Origin: Mobula hypostoma
Lineage: Eukaryota
Direction of reading: 5' to 3'
Length of the DNA stretch: 64,000 bases
Assembly (NCBI RefSeq): GCF_963921235.1
Contig: NC_086097.1
Span: forward strand, 117,988,001 to 118,052,000
In this document: one piece after another, positions 11,765 to 22,620 of the stretch
How the letters are laid out: every line of letters starts with the position of its first letter
Numbering within the stretch: position 1 is the first letter of the stretch
Made by a program: the position numbers and the translations under genes
The notes under the pieces: generated by a model
Told to the model about the DNA's origin: nothing
Databases searched by the model: none
The model's input: only the letters and a program-made list of their open reading frames with translations

Positions 11765-14252
11765 TTCTGCTCATAAGTCCGTGCCTTACGAGCCTGATTG
11801 AATTTTTTGAGGATGTGACCAAACACATTGATGAAGGAAGAGCAGCAGATGTAGCGTATATGGATTTCAGCAAGATATTTGATAAGGTACCCCATGCAAG
11901 GCTTATTGAGAAAATAAGGAGGCATGGGATCCAGGGAGACATTGCTTTGTGGATCCAGAACAGGCTTGCCCACAGAAGGCAAAGAGTGGTTGTAGACAGG
12001 TCATATTCTGCAGAGCTGTTCCTCAGTGATCTCTTCCAGGACCCCTACTTTTCACAATTTTTATATATGACCTGGATCAGGAAGTGGAGGGATGGGTCAG
12101 TAAATTTTCTGATGACACAAAGGTTGGGGGTGTTGTGGATAGTGTGGAGGGCTGTCAGAGGTTACAGCAGGACATCGATAGGATGCAAAAATGGGCTGAG
12201 AAGTGGCAGATGGAGCTCAACCCAGGTAAGTGTGAGGTGGTACATTTTGGTAGGTCAAATATGATGGCAGAATATAGCATTAATGGTAAGACTCTTGGCA
12301 GTGTGGAGGATCAGAGGGATCTTGGGCTCTGAGTCCACAGGACACTCAAAGCTGCTAAGCAGGTTGACTCTGTGGTTAAGAAGTCATACGGTGCATTGGT
12401 CTTCATCAATCGTGGCATTGAGTTTACGAGCTGAGAGATAATGCTGCAGCTATATAGGACCCTGGTCAGACCCCACTTGGAGTACTGTGCTCAGGTCTGG
12501 TCACCTCACTACAAGAAGGATGTGGAAACTATAGAAAGGGTGCAGAGGAGATTTACAAGGATGTTGCCTGGATTGGGGAGCATGCCTTATGAGAATAGGT
12601 TGAGTAAACTCGCCCTTTTCTCTTTGGAGTGACGGAGGATGAGAGGTGACCTGACAGAGGTGTACAAGATGATGAGAGGCATTGATATATGGGTCTGCAC
12701 AACATCAAGGGCCGAGGGGCCTGTACTGTGCTGTAGTATTCTAGTGTCTAGTGTCTAGTGTGGCTAATCAGAGGCTTTTTTCCCAGGGCTGAAATGGCTA
12801 GCACGAGAGTGCACAGTTCTATGGTGCTTGGAAGTATATACAGAGAAGATATCAGGGGTAAGTATTTTCATAGTCATAGTCATATTCATAGTCATAGTCA
12901 TACTTTATTGATCCCGGGGGAAATTAGTTTTCATTACAGTTGCCCATAAATAATAAATAGTAATAGAACCATAAATAGTTAAATAGTAATATGTAAATTA
13001 TGCCAGTAAATTGTGAAATAAGTCCAGGACCAGCCTATTGGCTCAGGTTGTCTGACCCTCCAAGGGAGGAGTTGTAAAGTTTGATGGCCACAGGCAGGAA
13101 TGACTTCCTATGACGCTCTGTGTTGCATCTCGGTGGAATGAGTCTCTGGCTGAATGTACTCCTGTGCCCACCCGGTACATTATGTAGTGGATGGGAGACA
13201 TTGACCAAGATGGCATGCAACTTAGATAGCATCCTCTTTTCAGATACCACTGTGAGAGAGTCTAGTTCCATCCCCAAAACATCACTGGCCTTACGAATGA
13301 GTTTGTTGATTCTGTTGGTGTCTGCTACCCTCAGTCTGCTGCCCCAGCACACAACAGCAAACATGATAGCACTGGCCACCACAGACTCGTAGAATATCTT
13401 CAGCATCGTCCGGCAGATGTTGAAGGACTTCAGTCTCCTCAGGAAATAGAGACAGCTCCGACCCTTCTTGTAGACAGCCTCAGTGTTCTTTGACGAGTCC
13501 AGTTTATTGTCAATTCATATCCCCAGGTATTTGTAATCCTCCACCATGTCCACACAGACCCCCTGGATGGAAACAGGGGTCACAGGTACCTTAGCTCTCC
13601 TCAGGTCTACCACCAACTCCTTAGTCTTTTTCACATTAAGCTGCAGATAATTCTGCTCACACCATGTGACAAAGTTTCCTACCGTAGCCCTGTACTCAGC
13701 CTCATCTCCCTTGTTGATGTATCCAACTATGGCAGAGTCATCAGAAAACTTCTGAAGATGACAAGACTCTGTGCAGTAGTTGGAGTCTGAGATGTAAATG
13801 GTGAAGAGAAAGGGAGACAAGACAGTCCCCTGTGGAGCCCCAGTGCTGCTGATCACTCTGTCGGATACACAGTGTTGCAAGCACAGGTACTGTGGTCTGC
13901 CAGTCCTGTCAGCTTCTCCCCCAGCAGATCAGGGTGGATGGTGTTGAATGCACTGGAGAAGTCAGAAAACATGACCCCTACAGTGCTCGCTGGCTTGTCC
14001 AGGTGGGCGTAGACACAGTTTATCAGGTAGACGATTTTACGCAGAGAGTGATGAGTTTGTGGAATGGGCTGCCATCGACGGTGGTGGAGGTGGATACAAT
14101 AGGGTCTTTTAAGAGTCTCCTGGCAGGTACATAGAGCTCAGGAAAATAGAAGGCTATGGGTAACTCTAGCTAATTTCTAAGGTTAGGACATGTTTGGTAC
14201 AGCTTTGTGGGCCGAAGGGCTTGTATTATGCTGTAGGTTTTCTATGTTTCTA
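11765..14252 (+). mobile_element. CR1 LINE, 5'-truncated, hosting two insertions
   Basis: ORF fragments MDFSKIFDKVPH, SKFSDDTKVGG and LVRPHLEYCAQVWSP. Tail ttctatgtttcta at ~14250. Confidence 0.9.
12868..14032 (-). mobile_element. Rex1/Babar LINE, 5'-truncated, inserted in CR1
   Basis: ORFs STGAPQGTVLSPFLFTIY...QKFSDDSAIVG...LNVKKTKELVVD and FYESVVASAIMFAVVCWG...SFLPVAIKLYN. Microsatellite tail (catagt)n on +. Confidence 0.9.
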
Positions 14253-15699
14253 TTATTATTATTAAACTTTTTTGTATTTGCAGAATTCGTCTTGCAGATT
14301 GGCCTATTATCAGTCTTTATTGTGTGCAGTTTTTCATTGATTATATTTTATTTCTTTGTTCAACTGTAAATGCCTACAATAAAATGGATCTCAGGGTCAT
14401 ATATGGTGCATATGCATACTTCGATTAAAAGATTACTTTGCTCTTTGAACTTTAAAATTTTGAGAAAGAATAGACATGAGTAATGAAGTTTATGTTTTCT
14501 ACTTGCAACTTCAAAGTGCCTTTTATGAAGTATCATATAAGAGAAGAGATCCAGGTTAAAGAATAGTCATTCAAAAGAAAAGATGTTAGAAGGTGATGCT
14601 CCACTGGCATCAGTATTAGGATCATTATTATATCTAATCCCCTTAAACAATTTAATTATAAAACAACAATATCAAAACATTGATGATACAAAATTACGTG
14701 GAACCAATCTCAGTTCTACACCCAAGTACTGATTTTATGCTGGATCACTGACTCTATGCCCTACTAATGTCTTACATTGCAATCCCGTCCTTTATCTTCA
14801 GTCTATTGATTACCCTGACCTTTCTGACCATTGATCATCCAGTTCCCCCCCTTACACATCTAAGCCTATACTGCCCACAACCAACTGGCCTGGTCCAAGA
14901 TCTAACTGATTGTCATTGGGCACTCTGACAAGGAAAGGTTTGAATACAAGCAGCAGATACAGTGGCTCATGACACCCAGGACTAGCATACTGCTGAATTT
15001 CTCACAGGTGGCCCACAAATAAAATGTCTGTTGGACTGCCATGAACCAAATTCTTCTTTATGTGATCTTGAACCGGCCACACATCACTTAACGGGTATAT
15101 CTTTGGTAGTCATACTAGAAGCAGCCCATAGTATCATCAATAAAAATCAGAACTGAATTACTAGAAGATACTGCAGCTTTTCTGAAGACAAGAAAAATAA
15201 TTCAGACTGACCTGACATGTTTTGAATCTTGACATACTGGTCCAGTCAAGTGCTGAGAGAATTTCTTTGCTTCTATGAAAATCTAAAACTAAGAACCAAT
15301 AACAGAAGAAAAGAGCCTAGGTCCATGCTCCTCCTATATTGTTTACTCTTGTACATTAATGATTACAGAATGCTACTTCTTATTCTCATCATAACTAGAA
15401 GGTTTCATCATCTTTGCTGCCAATTTTTACCTGGTTCTCATCTTTCCTTGATATAGTTTTGACTTTTCCTTCCCTTTCTAGGGAGAGCTCAGTGACTGGT
15501 GTCTACCACATGTCCATGAACTTCCACAAAAGCCTAGATACAATTGTAAGGGCTCTGTTTCATTTTCCTGGTTTCCTGTGACTTCTCTATCTGTTCCATG
15601 AAATTGCATGAAAATCCTCCTTTTTCTTCAATAATAGATTTATTAATTTTTTATTGAAATGTTCCACAACTGTGTAAACTCCATTTTTGACAGTTCTAC

Positions 15700-18577
15700 T
15701 CTCTAAAATAGGAATCGCTAACCCGAATTGATTAAGATCAAAAAATTTTCTGAATTGAAACCAAATGCGCAAAGCATATTTAACTATCGGGTTAGAGACC
15801 TGCTTAAGACGTTTCGAATCAAAAGGGAGAGAGGAGCCTAAAATAGAACCAAGTGTATAACCCTGAACCGATTTTAATTCCAATGCTACCCATTTAGGAA
15901 TAGATAGTATATCCTGGTCAAGTAACCAAAATTTCATATGTCGAATATTAATAGCCCAATAATAGAATCTAAAGTTAGGTAATGCTAAACCTCCATCTCT
16001 CTTAGCTTTCTGTAAATGTATTTTACCCAGTCTCGGATTCTTATTCTGCCAAATAAATGAAGAAATTTTAGAGTCAACTTTATCAAAAAAAGATTTTGGA
16101 ACGAAAATTGGTAATGCCTGAAACACATATAAAAATTTTGGCAAAAAAAACATCTTAACCGCATTAATACGACCAATCAAAGTTAAATATAAAGGAAACC
16201 ATTTAGATGAAAGTTGAGTAATATGGTCTATTAATGGTAAAAAGTTAGTCTTAAATAAATCTTTGTATTTACAAGTAATTTTAATCCCAAGATATGAAAA
16301 GTAATTATTAATCAATTTAAATGGAAATTTATAATATAAGGGAAGATGTTTATTAATCGGAAAAAGTTCATTCTTACTAAGATTTAATTTATAACCTGAG
16401 AAAAGACCAAATTGTGCTAATAACTCTAAAACAGCAGGAATGGATCTCTCAGGATTAGAAATATATAAAAGTAAATCATCAGCATAGAGTGATAATTTAT
16501 GGGACTTTAATCCCCGAGTTATCCCAGTAATATTTGAAGATTCTCGAATAGCAATTGCAAGAGGTTCTAATGCAATATCAAATAATAGGGGACTGAGAGG
16601 ACAGCCTTGTCGAGTACCACGAAAGAGAGGAAAAAAAGGTGAGTTTAAAGAGTTAGTACGAACCGAGGCTACAGGGGAGTGATATAACAGTTTAATCCAG
16701 GATATAAATCTCAAGCTAAAATTAAACATTTCAAGCACCTTAAATAAATAAGGCCATTCTACTCTATCAAAAGCTTTCTCGGCATCTAAAGAAATAACAC
16801 ACTCAGGAACATTTTGTGAGGGAGTATAAACGATATTTAACAATGTACGAATATTATAAAAAGAGTAACGACCTTTAATAAAACCCGTTTGGTCCTCCGA
16901 AATAATAGAAGGAAGTACTTTTTCTAGTCTATTTGCTAATAACTTAGAAAAAACTTTAGAATCAACATTTAATAAAGATATTGGTCTATAAGATGCACAT
17001 TGAGCAGGGTCTTTATCCTTCTTTAGTATTAGAGAAATTGATGCTCTATTAAAAGATTCAGGAAGTTTACCAAGTTTCAAAGAAGCCTCAAAAACCCTAC
17101 CGAGCCAAGGAATCAATAAAGAAGCAAAACATTTATAAAATTCAACGGTAAACCCATCAGGGCCAGGAGCTTTCCCCAGATTCATAGAAAAAATAACATT
17201 CTTAATCTCATCCATTGTAATGGAAGTTTCTAATAAGGAAGACATATCCTGTGAAATCTGAGGGAAGTCTAACTTATCTAAAAAATCATTCATATATTTA
17301 GAATCTCGAGGAGACTCTGATTGATATAAAGAAGAATAAAAATCACAAAAGGTTTGATTAATCCCCACATGATCCAGTATCAATCGATCATTTTGGTTAT
17401 AAATCTGATTGATTTGAGATTTAACATAATTAGATTTCAATTGATTAGCCAGCAGCTTGCCAATTTTGTCACTGTGAACATAAAAGTCACTTCTTGTTTT
17501 CTTTAATTGGTTTACAATCGAGGACGAGAGTAGTAAACTGTGTTCCATTTGAAGTTCAGTTCTTTGTTTATATAACTCCTCAGAAGGAGCCATAACATAT
17601 TTCTTATCAATTTCTTTAATCTTGTCCACAATTACCATCTCCTCCTGCTTCTGTTTCTTCCTCAAAGCAACAGAATACGAAATAATCTGACCCCGAATAT
17701 AGGCTTTAAAAGTGTCCCAAAGAGTGTTAACCGAAATATCTTCTGTATGGTTAATTGTAAAAAAAAAGCTCAATCTGTTCATTCATAAAATTAACAAAGT
17801 CCGAGTCCTGAAGCAACAGCGAATTAAAACGCCATTGTCTATTATTCGGTATATTGGCCATAATTTTAATAGAAAGCTTAAGTGGAGCATGATCCGAAAT
17901 GGTTATAGAATCATAATCACATTTAATCACTGAAGAAATAAGACGAGAATCAATGAAAAAATAATCAATTCTTGAATAGGAATGATGAACATGTGAAAAG
18001 AAGGAAAAATCTTTTTCCTGAGGATGCAGAAAACGCCAAATGTCCGTCGACCCAGAATCAGAAAGGAAAAAATTAATCAGATTTGCAGATTTATTAGGTA
18101 AAGTCCGTAAAGGAGCCGAACGGTCCAAAGCTGGAGACAAACAGGTATTAAGATCTCCGCCCCAGATCAATGAAAACTCATTCAAATTCGGAAACTGATC
18201 GAACAATGATTTATAAAATTCCGGACAATCCATATTAGGAGCATAAACATTAACCAAAACTACTTTTTTATTAAATAGTAAACCACTAACCAATAAAAAT
18301 CTACCATTCGGATCAGAAATAATATCCTGTGTATAAAAGTAACTGAGGAATCTATAAAAATAGAGACGCCTCGAATCTTAGCATTGGAGTTCGAATGAAA
18401 TTGTTATCCCTTCCAGAATTTGAAAAAACGTAGTCTGTCCCCCCTCCGTACATGGGTCTCTTGTAAAAATAAAATTTGTGCTTTAAGTCTCCGGAACACT
18501 TTAAAAACTTTTTTCCTTTTAATAGGATGATTAAGACCATTAGTATTCCAGGAGACAAAATTAATAATAGACTCCAT
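15700..18577 (-). pseudogene. L1 ORF2 (AP endonuclease + reverse transcriptase), frameshifted and 3'-truncated
   Basis: Stitched from ORFs 18404..18631, 17751..18293 and 15587..17782. ATG at 18577 (MESIINFVSWN). L1 homology appears to stop after WFQFRKFF...GLAIPIL. Confidence 0.9.
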
Positions 18578-19298
18578 AAATCCTAAAGTCAACCCACAAC
18601 AAGGAGGATTGACGATAGGCGCGACCCACAAATCCGGAGAGGAAACAGAACATACAAAAGATACCGGGAAAAAGGACGCAACCAGTACTTCAATAATGTA
18701 TATAGCCCAAAGAGAAACAAACTAAAACGTGAAGCCCCTCCCACGACCCCCCACCCCAAGACCCCAAGGCAAAATCTAAAGCAGACCCGCCAGAAAGAAG
18801 CAAGCGCTAAAACTACCCCCGTGACTTCCGGTATACGCTCCCTAAAAAAAAAGGTATAAATATGAAAAAGGATCAGCTAATTGTAAAACAGTAAAAAAGT
18901 AAAAAAAAAGATAGCTCAATTAAAATACACACAGAACAGAACAAAAGCCGGAAAATATATATTAAAAAAAAAACACAATAAACCTCAAACCCATGAATAG
19001 ACACAGCAACAAGAAACAATAAGATTATTGACATAAAGTGGTTATAAAAAGCAAAACAGAATAAAATTTAAAAAAAACTACAAAATTTAAGGCCACACAG
19101 GAAATACGTAAGATGACAAAAGGGAAGTAACCACCCAGAATCCCCTGGGAAAAGAAAGAAATGACGCAGTTAAAAAGAAAGTTTAGCAACCATATTAAGA
19201 AATCAAAAGTAAACTTTTCTGCCCAAATAGGGCACGAAAAAGTTAAAACCAACCAATTCACAGCCTCTGATCAACGGAGATAATTAAAAAAAAGCAAT

Positions 19299-19655
19299 TA
19301 AGATGTTGAAGATGAAAGTTGATCCAGATAACTCTGGGCATCCGATGGAGAATCAAAAAAAAAGGCCTCAATCTACATGCGAATCCTTAGACATGCAGGG
19401 TACAGCAGCGCTGGTCTTAAATCCATCTTATAGAATTCCGACATCACGGATCTGTAACGAACCCGTTGGTCCCAGATTGGTTTACTGAAATCTTCCACGA
19501 ATCGGAACCTAAGATCCGAAAAATCAATGAAACCTTTAGATCGAGCGAATCGAAACAGTCTCTCCTTGTCTTGAAAATAATGAAAACGTAAAATAACATG
19601 CCTAGGTCTATCTGACCTAGACGAATATGATGGGATTCTGTGAACACGATCCAGT
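19299..19655 (-). pseudogene. L1 ORF1 C-terminal part
   Basis: LDRVHRIP...PRHVILRFHYFQDKERL...FVEDFS...PALLYPACLRI. Confidence 0.85.
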
Positions 19656-20381
19656 GAGACCTGGGTGTCATTGTACACCAGTCATTGAAAGTGGGCATGC
19701 AAGTACATCAGGCGGTGGAAAGAGGGGAATGGTATGCTGGCATTCATAACAAAAGGATTTGAGTACAGGAGCAGGGAGATACTACTGCAGTTGTACAAGG
19801 CCTTGGTGAGACCACACCTGGAGTATTGTGTGCAGTTTTGGTCCCCTAATCTGAGGAAAGACATTCTTGCATAGAGGAGGTACAAAGAAGGTTCACCAGA
19901 TTGATTCCTGGGATGGCAGGACTTTCATATGATGAAAGACTGGATCGACCAGGCTTATACTCTCTGGAATTTAGAAGATTGAGGGGGGATCTGATTGAAA
20001 CATATAAAATTCTAAAGGGATCGGACAGGCTAGATGCAGGAAGATTGTTCCCGATGTTGGGGAAGTCCAGAACGAGGGGTCATAGTTTGAGGATAAAGGG
20101 AAAGCCTTTTAGGACTGAGATGAGGAAAAACTACTTCACACAGAGAGTGGTGAATCTGTGGAATTCTCTGCCACAGGAAACAGTTGAGGCCAGTTCATTG
20201 GCTATATTTAAGAGGGAGTTAGATAAGGTCCTTGTGGCTAAAGGGATCAGGAGGTATGGAGAGAAGGCAGGTATAGGGTTCTGAGTTGGATGATCAGCCA
20301 TGATCGTACTGAATGGCGGTGCAGGCTCAAAGGGCTGAATGGCCTACTCCTGCACCTATTTTCTATGTTTCTATGTTTCTA
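19656..20381 (+). mobile_element. Young CR1 3' portion
   Basis: Near-identical to 47447-48192 and 41570-42310. Tail ttctatgtttctatgtttcta. Confidence 0.9.
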
Positions 20382-21200
20382 GGTACCAGCACCAGAAATA
20401 TTTTCCCACCTCTTCCCCCTTCAGCATTCTGGACATGCTGTTCCTTTGAGGTTGCTTTTGTTCAGCCTACTGTCTCCCATCTCCATTTTCCTTGTCAATT
20501 TCCCTGTGAACGTTAATTAAATTAGTGGAATAAGCAGCTAGAAATCTGGACCATGTGTTTTGAATCCTGCTCTCATACCTGGGGAATTTAAATCCAATTA
20601 ATTAAATTAATTTACAATTTACAAAGAAATCGGCATGAGGTCTCATCCTCAGCTTCCTTCACTGTGACCATCTTGCCCAATGTAAGCCCAGAGAACAGCA
20701 TTTCATCCTCCAGCTAAGGACATGACAACTTTTCAGTTGAACATTCTTTGGAATATCCTTATATCTAGCATTTCCAATTTTCAGTAGTTCTTCCACTTTC
20801 ATTTGGAAGTTTCAAATAGTGGTCCTGTGTTTACATATTCTTTAAACTTCTACTTTGTACTACTTGTTTACTTTATCCATCCTGTCACAGGCTTACTTTT
20901 GTTCCTTAATTCACTGTCTTTTTCTACATCTTAAAGCCTGCTTATCACTATTTCTTCACAATTTTGATGAAAGGTCATTGACATGTACGGTAAATACGTT
21001 TGTACATTTATCTTTTCCACTCTACCGAGGCTGCTTGGATTGATGACTCTTTCCAATCAGTTAGTCCTGACGAAGGGTCTCGGCCCGAAACGTCGACTGT
21101 AGCTCTTCCCATAGATGCTGCCTGGCCTGCTGCGTTCACCAGCAATTTTTATGTGTCTTACTTTCTCTTTATATTTCAGTTTTCCATCATCTTTTGCAAA
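20382..21200 (+). mobile_element. Old Penelope-like remnant with a younger Penelope terminal repeat nested at ~21046-21157
   Basis: Decayed similarity to 6570-7060. The young piece has the hammerhead core followed by gatgctgcctggcctgctg. Confidence 0.6.
21062..21099 (+). ncRNA. Minimal type I hammerhead ribozyme
   Basis: tagtc-CTGACGA-a-gggt ctcg gccc-GAAA-cgtc-gactg. Helix I tagtc/gactg, helix II gggt/gccc, palindromic ACGT helix III, predicted cleavage after GUC (21094). Confidence 0.8.
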
Positions 21201-21329
21201 AGATCCCTTCTAGAAAAGAACTGTACGGCTATTAAAACAAAACTTTCAAAAGTTGTTCTCCCAGGTAGTTGATCTGATCAACTTTTCTAGTTAGCCCCAC
21301 TCCACCCTTCTCTATCTATTACCATTGTC

Positions 21330-21590
21330 ATTGCACTGCATTGTAATCTCTTTAAAATATTTTTATAATACCGTGTACATTGTAAATACATGCTGATATT
21401 TACATGTTTATGAACATTTTATTCCATATCCAGACTTCTAATTTTATTCTATATAATACATTATTCTTTATAATTGTTGAATGTTGCTGTTTTTGTTGCA
21501 TGTCTTGCCCTGACCAACACACCATGGCAAATTCCTGGTACATGTAAATATAAATGGTGAATAAAGTTGCTCTATGGTCCTTGATCTTCA
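21330..21590 (+). mobile_element. Rex1-type 3'-tail repeat
   Basis: caacacaccatggcaaattcctggtacatgtaaatataaatggtgaataaagtt. A reverse copy lies at 63500-63900. Confidence 0.55.
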
Positions 21591-22071
21591 GTTTGTCTGT
21601 ATAATAAACAGTACATTTTGTACATATGAGATGCTCTAAAGGGGTGTTACTGTTTCCTATGCTTAATGTAGATCTATGTGTAACATGTAAAACATTAGTT
21701 ACTGTATATCGCAAGTCAAAAACACAACCCGGCTATCAGTGACTGTACTGAAAAGTGAACGGATATACTGCCTTGATTATGTACCTTGTCTAAAATGTAG
21801 CCTTAAAAGGGGCTTACATTTTTTGTGAGAAATAATAAAGGACTGAAAGGAAAGTACAACACATTCATGTCAATCAAGGAAAGTTAATGGATTTAATGGT
21901 CCATAAACATAATAGAAGACAAGTTATTTTAAAGAATTTCACACGAGCTTAGGTGACAGAAAAGCCATGGATTTGTATCAGTCCTATAAAAAGAGTGAAA
22001 AATCAAGTAGTAAATAAGAGAGGGACAGAAAGGTTAGCTCTTAATGCAGTGTCAGCACAAGGCAAAGGAAT

Positions 22072-22620
22072 GCACTCAGTGGCCACATTATTACCGCCGA
22101 GTAAAGTGGCCACTGGGTGTAAGTTCATGGTCTTCTGCTGCTGTAGTCCATCCACTTCAAGGTTCAACACGTTGTATGTTCAGAGATGCTTTTCTGAAAA
22201 CCACTGTTGTAACACATGGTTATTTGAGTTACTGATGCTTTCCTGTCATCTTGAATTAGTCTGGCCATTCTCCTCTGACCTCTCCCATTAACAAGGTCTT
22301 TTTTTGCTCACAGAACTGCTGCTCACCGGCTGTTTATACTTTTCATTTTTCACACTGCTTTCTTAAAATATAGAGACTGTTGTATGTGAAATTCCCAGGA
22401 AATTAGCAATTTCTGAGATTCCCAAACCACACCATCTGGCATCAACAAAGCCAAAGTCACTTAGATCACATTTCTTCCCCATTCTGATGTTTGGTCTGAA
22501 CAACAACTGAACCTCTTGACCATGTCTACATGCTTTTATCCATTGAGTTGCTGCCACATGATTTGCTGATATTTACTTCAATTGGCAGGAGTACAGGTGT
22601 ATCTTATAGAGTGTCCGCTG
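22072..22620 (-). mobile_element. Non-autonomous Tc1-like element, copy 3
   Basis: cactcagtggccacattatt...taaagtggccactgggtgta end. Minus-strand MGKKCDLSDF...GLGISEIANFLGISHTTVS. Confidence 0.8.

Larger units (their letters stand above)
9950..14455 (+). mobile_element. Rex1/Babar-type 3' remnant split by nested insertions
   Basis: Pieces at 9950-10057 (caccaccagattcaggaacagtta), 11632-11764 (ccatcaggctcctgaa...tttattt) and 14253-14455 (tttgtatttgca...ctttgaacttt) join into one 3' end like those at 28325 and 59400. Confidence 0.65.
15700..19655 (-). mobile_element. L1-clade LINE internal fragment (ORF1 3' half, ~720-bp spacer, ORF2 EN+RT)
   Basis: ORF1 LDRVHR...FVEDFS...PALLYPA. ORF2 SWNTNGL, LQETH, GDLN, YSRIDYF, SDHAP, YRPISLLN, LDAEKAFD, GTRQGCPLSP, YADD. 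Confidence 0.95.

Noticed and set aside
15587..17782. 731-aa ORF as a host gene
   Set aside because: It is L1 ORF2; the last ~35 residues are read-through into flanking DNA.
20960..20990. Second hammerhead-like motif ttgatgaaaggtcattgacatgta
   Set aside because: The CUGANGA and GAAA boxes are mutated; a dead remnant.
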